From: Promethearchaeota archaeon
GTDB taxonomy: Archaea; Asgardarchaeota; Lokiarchaeia; Sigyniarchaeales; SOKP01
DNA length: 64,000 nt
Assembly (NCBI GenBank): GCA_019057865.1
Contig: JAHLWP010000021.1
Span: 1 to 64,000, forward strand
Direction of reading: 5' to 3'
Position 1 is the first letter of the stretch, and each line of letters starts with the position of its first letter. The translations under genes were made by a program, and so were the position numbers. The notes below the pieces were generated by a model, which was given only the letters and a program-made list of their open reading frames with translations, did not search any database and was not told the DNA's origin. Positions 39,395 through 49,672 of this stretch are shown piece by piece.

Positions 39395-40695
39395 ATGATA
39401 AAGGAAATGAGTTATATGAAGAAGTTAAGGTTAAAATAAATAGATTAAAAGAAGAAGATAGTTTAGAAAGAAAGTATTGGGATCTCTGGAAAATAGGTTG
39501 TTTTTTAAAGACAAAAGCTCATGATTTAAAAAATGTATATGAAGATACCAGCCGAGAATTTGTAGAGAAATATAAAGAACAACTCATAAAAATGAGAGAG
39601 GAAGTTCTTGAAAACTTAGATTACTACGTAGAAAAATGTATTAATGTGATGCGTAAAGCAAATAATTTCAAAGTGCATTATGTTAAGACTAATAAAGAAG
39701 CCCACCACATTTTTATGGAAGAACTTGGAGATAATAATGTTGTTTACAAATCTAAATCAAATGAGGCAAAGGATATTGGGTTAATCGATTTCTTAAAGAA
39801 AAATGATGTAATTATTAAAGAAACAGACTTAGGAGATGTTTTAGTTCAATTATTCGGTTATAAATTACCTAGTTTTCAGGTAGGGCCTGGAGCTCATTTT
39901 TCAATTGAAGATATCGTAGCTAAAATAAAAGAAATGCATGGTGTAGAACTAGAACCAAAACCAAGTGCAATTGTTGATTATTATAGGAAAACATATAGGA
40001 AAGAATTACTTAATGACGTAAAAGTTTCTTTAACGTCTGCTAATGCAATATCGGCTGAGGACGGTACGATAATTTTGGGAGAGAATGAGGGCAATATAAG
40101 CCTTTTAACACGCGCAACTGAAAAACACATTGTAGTATGTGGAATTCAAAAAATTGTTCCAACAGTTTTAGACGCTGTACTTGTAGCAAAAATACAGTCT
40201 AGAATAAATAATGTACCTTTTAATTACATTAATCTTATTTCAGGCCCTTCTAGCACTTCAGATATAAGAGGGATAAATGTTTTAGGAATGTATGGAGCAA
40301 AAGAGGTTGTGGTTATTCTTGTTGATGATTGGAGGATAAAAGCAATAAAAGAAAACCTATTTTATAAGGATTATTTAAAATGCATTTCATGTAGAACTTG
40401 TAATTTTGTCTGTACCGCAGCACGTGCTTTTGGTAATATTTTTGCTTCTAAATATGGATGGGGTGCTACTGCTATTCTAACAGACTATATTCACAATGGA
40501 ATCGAAGCCGCTGTCAAAGATGGATTATTTTTTTGTACTAATTGTGAAAATTGTTATCATTGGTGCCCAGTTTCAATAAATATAGGTGAAATTATGAGAT
40601 CTATGAAAAAAGAAGCAAAATTAGCTGGATTATGTCCTCCACCTCTAAAGCAATATCAGCAAAAAATACTTAAAGATAAGAATCCGTTTAAATAA
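39391..40695 (+). CDS. LutB/LUD-domain Fe-S protein
   Basis: KSKSN, ETDLGD, ENEGNI, ISGPSSTSDI, GMYGAKEV; two CxxCxxCxxxC ferredoxin motifs; overlaps the upstream stop. Confidence 0.88.
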   Translation: MNDKGNELYEEVKVKINRLKEEDSLERKYWDLWKIGCFLKTKAHDLKNVYEDTSREFVEKYKEQLIKMREEVLENLDYYVEKCINVMRKANNFKVHYVKTNKEAHHIFMEELGDNNVVYKSKSNEAKDIGLIDFLKKNDVIIKETDLGDVLVQLFGYKLPSFQVGPGAHFSIEDIVAKIKEMHGVELEPKPSAIVDYYRKTYRKELLNDVKVSLTSANAISAEDGTIILGENEGNISLLTRATEKHIVVCGIQKIVPTVLDAVLVAKIQSRINNVPFNYINLISGPSSTSDIRGINVLGMYGAKEVVVILVDDWRIKAIKENLFYKDYLKCISCRTCNFVCTAARAFGNIFASKYGWGATAILTDYIHNGIEAAVKDGLFFCTNCENCYHWCPVSINIGEIMRSMKKEAKLAGLCPPPLKQYQQKILKDKNPFK

Positions 40696-40701
40696 AAAAA
40701 A

Positions 40702-41583
40702 TTATTTAGAACGGGTTATAATAAAATCCACTAATTTTCCAAGGTTTTTAACGTTTTCATAAACTTTAGGAGCATTTTCTTCTAAAAAATCTTTAAAAAC
40801 CTCCCAATTCTCCTTCTTGCCTGAAGGTGCCTTATCTAGTAATTTTTTAACTTCATTAAAGTCGTAGGCAAAGATTAAAGCATTGTCAACTCTATTAGCA
40901 TCATTACATAATAGAAAAAGATAATAATCATTTAAATCCCAAGGATTTAAAACATGAGCAGGTTTGTTTCCATCCCCGGCACTCTTACCTCTTAATAAAC
41001 GTGTATCTACCTGTGTTGGTAATACCATATTAAAATTTATATTCTCTCGTTTATATTCCATTGTCATGGATTTTTGTAACCCTACGACAGCAAATTTACT
41101 TGCAACGTAGGCAGCGAGTTTTGATGGAGCATTTGGATATGCTTCGCTTCCAGTGATTATAAACCTTGCTTTTTCCTTCTTATCATCCTTCTTCAGGTAA
41201 GAATAAGCCGCTTTAAAAGTATAGAACACTCCTAGTATATTAACATTTAAGATTTCAGAAAATTTCTCATTGATAAACTCATGAGTTGTCCACATTCGAG
41301 AATATCCCGCATTGGCAACAATTCCATTAAGTAAACCTAATTCATTATGAAATGTTTGAAATGCCGCTTCAACTTCTTCAAATTTAGTTATATCTGCTGT
41401 TTTAGCAACAACTTTTACTCCAACTCCTAATTCTTCAATTTCCTTTTTCGAAATATTTAATTCTTCTGAAGTTCTAGAGACTAATCCAATATTAGCACCT
41501 TCTTTAGCGCATGCTATTGCTATCGCCTTCCCTATCCCTCTACCTGAGCCAGTAATTACAACATTTTTTCCTTTTAACAACAT
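40702..41583 (-). CDS. SDR family oxidoreductase
   Basis: TGSGRGIG, ANAG, YVASK. Confidence 0.9.
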   Translation of the reverse strand: MLLKGKNVVITGSGRGIGKAIAIACAKEGANIGLVSRTSEELNISKKEIEELGVGVKVVAKTADITKFEEVEAAFQTFHNELGLLNGIVANAGYSRMWTTHEFINEKFSEILNVNILGVFYTFKAAYSYLKKDDKKEKARFIITGSEAYPNAPSKLAAYVASKFAVVGLQKSMTMEYKRENINFNMVLPTQVDTRLLRGKSAGDGNKPAHVLNPWDLNDYYLFLLCNDANRVDNALIFAYDFNEVKKLLDKAPSGKKENWEVFKDFLEENAPKVYENVKNLGKLVDFIITRSK

Positions 41584-41676
41584 GATTTTTTATAAAAATT
41601 TGATTACAATTATTAATTTTATAAAAAAGTAATAAGAATTTTAAATTTTAAGGGAACTTTTGAGGTCTCCCATTAA

Positions 41677-42810
41677 TTATGAAACTTTATATGCTTCATT
41701 AATAGCAGAACACCCCCCACACCTCACACACCCTGCTACATTTTCTAAAGGATTAACTCCATATTGCTTCATTAATCTTCCAGCATTAAGATAAATTTCT
41801 AGTAAATTTTCATAATTAGTTATTGGAAGATCTTTTTTCCCCGGGATTGAGCGAACTGGAGTAATAAACGGAATAACGCCAAGCGAAATTACTTTTTCTA
41901 TATCCTTAATAAAATCCTCTTTAGATTCCCCAAAGCCAGTTAAAACATAAGTTTCTACTTGATTTTTTCCAAAAGCCTCTAAAGCCTGAATCCAATTTTT
42001 CTCAAACACGTCATATGGAATATGAGCCTTTCCAGGAGTAATTTCTTTTCTTAAATTCTCATCCAGAATCTCTATATGTATACCTATTGTATCAGCACCA
42101 GCTTCTTTCAATTTATTTATGTATTCTAAATCCTCTAAAGCTTCAATTTGCACATGCAATGGGATATCTGGATGATTTCTTTTTATACCCCCTAATAATT
42201 CAATATATCGATTAGCACCTTTATCAACTGTCTCTTCTGTGCCACTGGTTAATGTCATATGAGAACATCGACCTTCTTTTTTAGCGGCTGTAATAACTTC
42301 TGACATCTGTTTATAGTTCTTTTCTAAAATAGTAGTATCATATGATAAACTTAATTCAATGCCACAAAACTTGCACGCTTCCCCACATGCCCAATATACA
42401 CATTTTTGATATATTGTACTTGCTAAACAAGCAATTCCATGTACTAAAGCGATTCTCCTCATCTCAATGCCATCAGATGTTTTTAAATCATAAAATTGTG
42501 GATTATTAACTAGTTTTACTTTCCCAAAGCTTCTCTTTTTCTTCTCATCGTAAATTTCAAAGAATTCTTCCCTCTTTTGTTTTAAAATAAGACTGGTCTT
42601 TGTTTTGTCGTTCCATAAAACTGCATTTACTAAAGTTTTATTATCTTCTAGTAAAAAATACCTACCTCCAAGAGGACCAGCTCCACCTTTGCGACCAAAA
42701 TTAATTTCAATTCCTTGTTCTTTATAATACTCAATTAATTGTTTATCTAAGAAAATTCCTTTACATAATAATTCAGTCTTTTGTTCTAATGCTGTAAGAG
42801 GATCTATCAT
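41677..42810 (-). CDS. Radical SAM protein, MSMEG_0568/NitD-like
   Basis: GRKGGAGP, IALVHG..CLASTIYQKCVYWACGEACKFCGI, HMTLTSGT, C-terminal AGCVRCGGCS. Confidence 0.8.
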   Translation of the reverse strand: MIDPLTALEQKTELLCKGIFLDKQLIEYYKEQGIEINFGRKGGAGPLGGRYFLLEDNKTLVNAVLWNDKTKTSLILKQKREEFFEIYDEKKKRSFGKVKLVNNPQFYDLKTSDGIEMRRIALVHGIACLASTIYQKCVYWACGEACKFCGIELSLSYDTTILEKNYKQMSEVITAAKKEGRCSHMTLTSGTEETVDKGANRYIELLGGIKRNHPDIPLHVQIEALEDLEYINKLKEAGADTIGIHIEILDENLRKEITPGKAHIPYDVFEKNWIQALEAFGKNQVETYVLTGFGESKEDFIKDIEKVISLGVIPFITPVRSIPGKKDLPITNYENLLEIYLNAGRLMKQYGVNPLENVAGCVRCGGCSAINEAYKVS

Positions 42811-42966
42811 ATTAATAAAATTAGATTATTATTAATCTTCATGGATTTAAATTATCTCGCTTATTTAATTTTAAGTGTTATTAAAAGAAAGAAAATTTTA
42901 TTAACTAATCTATAGTATTCATATTTAATCAATTTTTATAACTCAATATATAAAAGGTGTGAATTT

Positions 42967-43380
42967 TTGCCACGTGTTGAAAAAACAATAGATATTGCAG
43001 CATCCCAAGATAAAATTTTCGAGATTATAGACGATGATGATAATTATCCTAAGTGGAATATTGTTGTAAATGAAGTAACTAAACTTGGTGAAGGTAATTA
43101 TTTTTTTAAAACAAATGTTGGAGATATAACGTCTACTCGTATAGAAACAAATGCCCCTGAAAGTCTTTCTGCTACTCAAGAAGGAAGTCCAATGACAAGT
43201 TTAGGTTACGTTTTAAAACCTAAGGGAGAAAATGTAGAAGCGACAATTTGGGCTGAATTTGATGATCCAGGTCAAGAATCAATACTTGGAATCGCTGCAG
43301 AAATGCTCTTAAAAAGCTTGAAGAAATACGCTGAATATCTTGAAGCGGGTGAAAATCCAGATGAGTTCAGTAAAAAATAA
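42967..43380 (+). CDS. SRPBCC/START-fold protein (paralogue of 12106-12522)
   Basis: VEKTIDIAAS.DKIFEII.D...YPKWN; GYVL.PKG, WAEF.DP.QESILG.A..MLL.SLKKYA.YLE.G.NP shared with the paralogue. Confidence 0.8.
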   Translation: MPRVEKTIDIAASQDKIFEIIDDDDNYPKWNIVVNEVTKLGEGNYFFKTNVGDITSTRIETNAPESLSATQEGSPMTSLGYVLKPKGENVEATIWAEFDDPGQESILGIAAEMLLKSLKKYAEYLEAGENPDEFSKK

Positions 43381-43534
43381 ATGAAATTTTAAAGCTTAAA
43401 TCATCTTTTTTTTTTACTTTTATAAGAATTACAGTTATGCATAACTATTTTACGAATTCTCTTTTTCTACGAAAAATTTTTTAATCATTCATTATTACTT
43501 CATGTGTATTTTAATTTAAAAAAGTGAAAAAGAA

Positions 43535-44167
43535 ATGGCTCATCGAAGACCTTGGAAATGTTATTCGAAATGGACTCGTAGACCCTATCAATACAAAAGA
43601 AGTTCAAATCGTAGGCGGGAATTTGCTCGGGGTGGAGCTCAGTCCAAAATAGTTCGTTTTTGGGGTGGAAACAAGGAAGCTCCATGGGAGGATTGGGAAC
43701 TTGTCGTTGGGTTGAAGGTTAATTCTCAAGTCCAGATCTCTTCAAACACGCTCGAAGCTATAAGAATTACTATAAATGGTGTTCTTCAAAGAAAACTAGG
43801 AAGACAGAATTATCGGCTTCGAATTCGTCCTAAACCATTTCAAAAGATTCGAGAGAATCGTATGTTGGCTTTTGCTGGCGCAGATCGGGTACAATCAGGT
43901 ATGAGGAATTCTTTTGGGAGATCTACTGGAGTATGCGCCCGAGTTAGAGCAGGTCAAATTATTGTTGATGTAGGTACTTATATAAGAAACCTTCCATTAG
44001 TAAGAGATAGACTTAGAGTAGCAAACATGAAAGTACCAAGTTCATGCCAAATTGTTATTCTTAAGTATAAGACTCCAGAACTCTTAAAACAGTCAGGATT
44101 GCCATTATATGACGATAAAAAAAGAAGAGAAATACCTCTTTATGAATTAGAATTTGCGACTGCTTAA
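43535..44167 (+). CDS. rpl10e: 50S ribosomal protein L10e (uL16), archaeal/eukaryotic type
   Basis: RPWKCY, QISSNTLEAIRI, RENRMLAFAGADRVQSGMRNSFG...ARV..GQ. Confidence 0.95.
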   Translation: MAHRRPWKCYSKWTRRPYQYKRSSNRRREFARGGAQSKIVRFWGGNKEAPWEDWELVVGLKVNSQVQISSNTLEAIRITINGVLQRKLGRQNYRLRIRPKPFQKIRENRMLAFAGADRVQSGMRNSFGRSTGVCARVRAGQIIVDVGTYIRNLPLVRDRLRVANMKVPSSCQIVILKYKTPELLKQSGLPLYDDKKRREIPLYELEFATA

Positions 44168-44197
44168 TATTCAAATATAAGTGTAAATAAACTCTCT

Positions 44198-44346
44198 CTA
44201 TTTTTCATTACTTAAAACTTCTTCAGATTTTTTAAGAATTTGCATTAAGAAAATGCCCACAATAATTATTCCATGGCTTTTGCAAGATGAAGAATAAGAG
44301 TATTAATTATACCAAATAATAGACCTAAAGCAATAGAATCTACCAT
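44198..44346 (-). pseudogene. Internally deleted membrane-protein gene (N- and C-terminal remnants out of frame)
   Basis: MVDSIALGLLFGIINTLILHLAKAME* joined out of frame to IIIVGIFLMQILKKSEEVLSNEK*. Confidence 0.45.
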
Positions 44347-44469
44347 GGAATCATTTGTAATGATTTTAATTCTAGTTTATTTAACTATGAAAAATTATAA
44401 ATTATAATTGATTTTAAGAAATTTAAAATTATCCGGTTTTGGGAAATTTTCCATTGAAATAACGTAATG

Positions 44470-45927
44470 TTATCCCCAAAATGGTTTCCAGCGATTCCAT
44501 ATATCCCATCGCTGTATATTTTTTATGTTATACCAGACTGCTTTTTGTCTATATCTACTTTTTAAGATTTTATAAATTTGGTGGGAGATGTAGCGGGGTC
44601 GCTGCATAAACTTTCTATGAGTTTCTTTTATACGTGCCATTAGTTCACTCAAAGGTATATTAAGAATAGCAGTACCAACTTCCCAACATTCATCCGGGTT
44701 AATTCGCTTTGCATCTACCATCTGATCCCAAATCCAATTTCCGGGAATTATGCCTAAAATATGAAATTGTGGAAAATCAATATCTAATTTAAGTGATAAA
44801 TTAAATGTATCAATTATTTCCTCACGTGTCTCAATTGGCGCACCCACTATAAAATTTGCTAGAATAATATCAATCCCAACTTTTTTCGAATTTTTTATTG
44901 CATCATAGACTTGATTTAGTGTAATCCTTTTATTGTACCAGTCTAAGACTCTTTGTGAGCCACTTTCGACGCCATAACTAATAATCTTGCAGCCCATATG
45001 TTTCATTGCAGTCAGAAGCTCCCTTGAGCTCTGAGTTACCCTCCCCTCAGCCATCCACTTTAAATCTATCTTTTCTTTTCTAATTAAATAAGATAGTTCC
45101 ATTAATCTTTTTTTACTTATAGTAAAGTTATCATCAACCCAATACAAATTTTGATAACCTTGATTCTCGAGAAGAGAAAGTTCTTCTACTATATTTTTAG
45201 GAGATCTTGGGCGCCATCTGCCCCAAAACATAGCGCTTGAGCAAAATGTACATTGAAATGCACAACCTCTTGAAGAAGAAGCAGTGGCAAAATTTCCTAG
45301 CGAAATATCAAGACCTTCTACTTCACTTTTATATTCTACATTTCCTAATAATTTCCTATTTGGAAATGGAAGTGTGTCAATATTTTCTATAAGGGGTCTA
45401 TCTTCATTTCTAATAATTCTACCATTATTTCGATACGACACACCTCTTATATCTTCAAAGCCATGACCTTTTTCAGTTTTTTCAGCAATTTCTAAAAGAG
45501 TGTTTTCCCCTTCTCCTCTAATGCAAGCATCAATGAATGGGTACTTATTTAATATTCTGGTATCATTGAAAGTTGCGTGATAATTCCCAAATAAAATCTT
45601 AACATTCGGATTTATTTCTTCCTTTACTCTTTTAGCAATTTCTGCTGATGTAATTCCAGTTCCTGAGGTGGTTATCGTTGAAAAACCTAAAATATCTGGA
45701 TCTTCGTGTTTTATCCGCTTTAGAGTATCATTAATCGAAGCCCCCCTAGCGAATTGATCATATATAGATACATCAAAATTATTTTCGCTTAGATAAGTAG
45801 CGAGGTATAGTATCCCCATTGGCGGAAATCCATAAAAATCTATTTTTTCTTTGACATACTGTTCGGCATCTTTAACGGAAAAAAATCCTTTTTCAGGTGG
45901 CTTTGGGAAAATTAAAGATACTTTCAA
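44470..45927 (-). CDS. Cobalamin-binding radical SAM enzyme (class B-like)
   Basis: PPMGILYLA, GNYHAT, RGEGE (B12 domain); SSRGCAFQCTFC; VDDNFT, GVESGS. Confidence 0.92.
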   Translation of the reverse strand: MKVSLIFPKPPEKGFFSVKDAEQYVKEKIDFYGFPPMGILYLATYLSENNFDVSIYDQFARGASINDTLKRIKHEDPDILGFSTITTSGTGITSAEIAKRVKEEINPNVKILFGNYHATFNDTRILNKYPFIDACIRGEGENTLLEIAEKTEKGHGFEDIRGVSYRNNGRIIRNEDRPLIENIDTLPFPNRKLLGNVEYKSEVEGLDISLGNFATASSSRGCAFQCTFCSSAMFWGRWRPRSPKNIVEELSLLENQGYQNLYWVDDNFTISKKRLMELSYLIRKEKIDLKWMAEGRVTQSSRELLTAMKHMGCKIISYGVESGSQRVLDWYNKRITLNQVYDAIKNSKKVGIDIILANFIVGAPIETREEIIDTFNLSLKLDIDFPQFHILGIIPGNWIWDQMVDAKRINPDECWEVGTAILNIPLSELMARIKETHRKFMQRPRYISHQIYKILKSRYRQKAVWYNIKNIQRWDIWNRWKPFWG

Positions 45928-46124
45928 AAAATCACTTTAAATTTGAATTAAATTTAATTGTTCTTTTAATTAAAACATCATCATTTCAATTCTAGTTTAA
46001 TTATGTAAGTTAAATAAATCTTAAAAATAAAATCACTTTTAATGTATTTATTAGAAAAGAGATAAAAATTCGTAAAATTAAAACAAATAATATCATATAC
46101 AACCCTGTGAAAATGGTCTATTAA

Positions 46125-47585
46125 ATGAAAATAATTGATAAAAAAATCCAAAAAGTAGCGTTAGTAAATCCCAATTTTATTACAAAAAGCATTACAGATA
46201 AATTTACAATCCCTGCTTTAGGATTAGAATATCTTGCTGCTAATATTTTAGATTTAGCTGAAGTGAAGATAATTAATGGTAAAGTAAGGAATTTAAACCT
46301 CAAGGAAATTATGGAGGAAATTAATGAATTTAACCCAGATATTGTTGGAATTTCATGTTGTTTAACAACAGGAGTTAATTTTGCCTTAGAAATAGCAAAA
46401 GAGTCAAAAAAACTTGGATATTCAATCGTATTAGGGGGGTGGCATCCTAATTTTGCACCTTCTGAAGTTTTAAAATATCCATTTGTAGATATTATTGTCC
46501 GAGGAGAGGGAGAAGTCACCTTTCGGGAATTAATCGAAAACAAAAATCTAGAAAATATAAAAGGAATATCATATAAAAACAATGGGAGTATTATAAACAA
46601 TCCAGATCGCCCATTAATCAAAGATTTAAATAAACTACCATTTCCTGCAAGGGAATTAAGAAATAAAAAGTCTTATTTTCAAATCTTTCAGATGCCTATA
46701 GATGCGATTGAGACATCAAGGGGTTGCCTATTTAAATGCACTTTCTGTAATATTCATCTTTTTTATCGAGGAACCTATAGAACAAAAAGTCCAGAACGGG
46801 TTATTCAAGAGTTAAAAATTATTACAAATGGAAAAAAACATATAAATGTAATGATTGTGGATGATAATTTCACAACAGATATTAAAAGAGTAGAGAAAAT
46901 TTGTGATTTAATAATCAAAGAAGGAATTAAAGTGGATTTAACTTGTCAAAGTCGCATTGATGTTATAAAAAAGAATCCAAATGTAATCAAAAAAATGTCT
47001 AAAGCAGGGTTTTGGTGTTTTTTCCTTGGTATTGAATCATTTAACCAAAAATCTTTAAACAGTATTCAGAAAAGAGTTCAATTACGGGATATTTTTGAAG
47101 CAATTAAAATACTTCATGATAACGATATAGTAATAATTGGCAGTATGTTGGTGGGTTCAAATCTTGATGAGGAAGAGAAAGATACTGATTTAATGATAAA
47201 GGTTGTTAAAAAGTTAGGAATAGATTTTCCGTTATATTCGGTAATGACACCTTTACCAGGCACGAAATTCAGAGATGTATTGATCGAAAAAGATTATCTG
47301 CTATCTCATAATTGGAGTGAATACAATTTTACCACAGCAGTAAATCGATTAAATAAACTTTCAAAGGAAAAGTTAGACCAACTTTTATCTAAGGCATATT
47401 ATTATGGATATTTTCATAGGGGGTGGAAAGATACTTTTATGAGATTATATAGGAAAAAAGGAATTAATTTATTTTTAAATACAAGAAAATTTAGAGCTAT
47501 TAAGAATCTTTTAGGTTTTTTTAGAAGTATTAGAAGAATGAAAAATGAAATAGATTCAATATCCCCTACCATAAAATTTAATTGA
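46125..47585 (+). CDS. Cobalamin-binding radical SAM enzyme (class B-like)
   Basis: PALGLEYLAA, GGWHP, RGEGE; ETSRGCLFKCTFC; VDDNFT, GIES, TPLPGT. Confidence 0.92.
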   Translation: MKIIDKKIQKVALVNPNFITKSITDKFTIPALGLEYLAANILDLAEVKIINGKVRNLNLKEIMEEINEFNPDIVGISCCLTTGVNFALEIAKESKKLGYSIVLGGWHPNFAPSEVLKYPFVDIIVRGEGEVTFRELIENKNLENIKGISYKNNGSIINNPDRPLIKDLNKLPFPARELRNKKSYFQIFQMPIDAIETSRGCLFKCTFCNIHLFYRGTYRTKSPERVIQELKIITNGKKHINVMIVDDNFTTDIKRVEKICDLIIKEGIKVDLTCQSRIDVIKKNPNVIKKMSKAGFWCFFLGIESFNQKSLNSIQKRVQLRDIFEAIKILHDNDIVIIGSMLVGSNLDEEEKDTDLMIKVVKKLGIDFPLYSVMTPLPGTKFRDVLIEKDYLLSHNWSEYNFTTAVNRLNKLSKEKLDQLLSKAYYYGYFHRGWKDTFMRLYRKKGINLFLNTRKFRAIKNLLGFFRSIRRMKNEIDSISPTIKFN

Positions 47586-47652
47586 AATTCCAAATTTTCA
47601 ACAACAATTCCAATCCTTTCTATGAGATAATTCAAAACTACTTACTAATGCA

Positions 47653-48804
47653 ATGTTAAGCATTACACATAAATCGAAAAATCAATCTTTTCAATTGCCA
47701 ATATCAGGATATTTGGGATATACTATAAGTAAATTTTTTCATTTATGTACACCTATTACTTTTCTTCATGAGAGATTTGAAACTATAACATTATTTAATG
47801 ATATCCGTAAATTGAAAATAAATAAACCTATTTACATTACTGGTCTCGCTCGTGCAGGAACAACCATCGTATTGGAAATGTTAAGTAAGCACCCAGATTT
47901 AGCAACACATCAATATAAGAATCTTCTTATACCATATTTCCCTAATTGGTTATATAAACTTACCAATAAGGTTAGGCTTTTTTCAAAACCGACTGAAAGG
48001 ATTCATAAGGATGGTATAATGGTTACGCGTGATAGTCCCGAAGCAGTAGAGGAGATATTCTGGAGAAAATATTTTAAGCACACGAGTACTGAAAAATCTT
48101 CACATATAATAAATGGGAACATAATAAACCCCAAATTTGAGAGATTTTATCCAAATCATATCCGAAAGCTCTTAATTGCCCAAAAGCGTTCTCGTTATTT
48201 AGCAAAAAACAACTACAATATCACTAGATTGGAGTATTTGCTACGAATTTTCCCATCTACCAAATTTTTACTAATTATTCGTAATCCAGTAAATCATATT
48301 GCTTCATTAATTAAACAAACAAAACTTTTCATGAAGATGGAAAATCAAATACCTCTTTTACAAGATTGGTTGAAAATCCTAGGGCACCAGGAATTTGGCC
48401 ATCATAGCATTTGTATAAATGTAAATAACACAGAATCAATTCATAAAATTCGTAAATTGTGGAGCAATAAAAAAACATATGTAAAAGGATGGGCATATTA
48501 TTGGGTGTCCATTTACGATTTTATTGCCGATAGTCTTGAAGCAAATGAAAAACTCAGAAGTGCGACCTTTATAGTTAATTATAATGAATTATGCGAAAAC
48601 CCAGCAGATATTATTGATAGAATACTTGAACATACTGAACTGCCCTTAGATAAATTTCTGAAAGTTAGAGAATATTATATTAATCATTTACATAAACCCA
48701 CCTATTATTCTCCTGACTTTTCTGAACAAGAACTCTCAGATATTTACGAGATTACAAAGGACACTGCTTCTCGATTTGGATTAAAAATTTCTTTAGGCAA
48801 TTAA
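47653..48804 (+). CDS. PAPS-dependent sulfotransferase
   Basis: 5'-PSB loop PIYITGLARAGTT; 3'-PB KFLLIIRNPVNHIASL; YNELCENP. Confidence 0.88.
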   Translation: MLSITHKSKNQSFQLPISGYLGYTISKFFHLCTPITFLHERFETITLFNDIRKLKINKPIYITGLARAGTTIVLEMLSKHPDLATHQYKNLLIPYFPNWLYKLTNKVRLFSKPTERIHKDGIMVTRDSPEAVEEIFWRKYFKHTSTEKSSHIINGNIINPKFERFYPNHIRKLLIAQKRSRYLAKNNYNITRLEYLLRIFPSTKFLLIIRNPVNHIASLIKQTKLFMKMENQIPLLQDWLKILGHQEFGHHSICINVNNTESIHKIRKLWSNKKTYVKGWAYYWVSIYDFIADSLEANEKLRSATFIVNYNELCENPADIIDRILEHTELPLDKFLKVREYYINHLHKPTYYSPDFSEQELSDIYEITKDTASRFGLKISLGN

Positions 48805-49539
48805 CTGTTTTAAAGTTATGAATTCCGCTTTTCTAGCTAGAGATTCCACAATAAAACCACGTAATGTTTCTAAAAATGTATTTCCTGTATGAAGCCAACG
48901 ATCTAGTCTAAATAAAATATTTTTTATTGTTTCAAACTTACTTGCATGCTTACGAATTAAATTTTTCATATTTATTGCTTCACAAGGATGAAAATATAAT
49001 ATAAGTAATTCATTTTTAAAGATCTTCCGTTTTAGAAAAGGATAAGGTAATCTCAAATAGATACTATATTTTGAAGGGTGAAATTCTTGGATTTTTTTGT
49101 TATCTATTTGGTAATGTGGTAATTTCTTGGGTGATACAATCGAGGAATCGTATCTAAATCCTAAATTACTTAATATTTCAAATAAAAATTTTGGTGGTTT
49201 TAAATAAGGAGCTCGAAAACCGATAATCTCTGAATTTTGACAAGTTTCTTCTAGAACCTTTTTATTCTGATAAATTACATCTTGGCATTTAATAAAATCT
49301 AAGAGATTTAATCGTTCATGAGTTAAGCCATGACAAGCAATTTCATGACCTTTTTGCTCGATTTGTCTTATATACTCTGGTAGATGCTCAACGACATTTC
49401 CAGTACAAAAAAAAGTCCCCTTGACATTGAAATTATCTAAGATATCCAATATTTTCAATAATCCAATTTCCACGCCGAAATAGGTATCCAAAACATTAGG
49501 AAGATCCCTTTCAATATCAAAAGTCAGTGCAATCTTCAT
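48793..49539 (-). CDS. Polysaccharide deacetylase (CE4/NodB)
   Basis: TFDIE, TFF, HEIACHGLTH, GFRAPY, YDSS, YFHP. Confidence 0.9.
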   Translation of the reverse strand: MKIALTFDIERDLPNVLDTYFGVEIGLLKILDILDNFNVKGTFFCTGNVVEHLPEYIRQIEQKGHEIACHGLTHERLNLLDFIKCQDVIYQNKKVLEETCQNSEIIGFRAPYLKPPKFLFEILSNLGFRYDSSIVSPKKLPHYQIDNKKIQEFHPSKYSIYLRLPYPFLKRKIFKNELLILYFHPCEAINMKNLIRKHASKFETIKNILFRLDRWLHTGNTFLETLRGFIVESLARKAEFITLKQLIA

Positions 49540-49672
49540 TATTTACGCAATAATCTTTGAGATATAAAATTTTATTTAAAAGCATTGTTATTAAATTTTA
49601 TTTAAAAGCATAAAACTGAAAAATTTATTAATAATTTCAATATTTAATTTCAGAAAAGTAGATTAAAAAACA

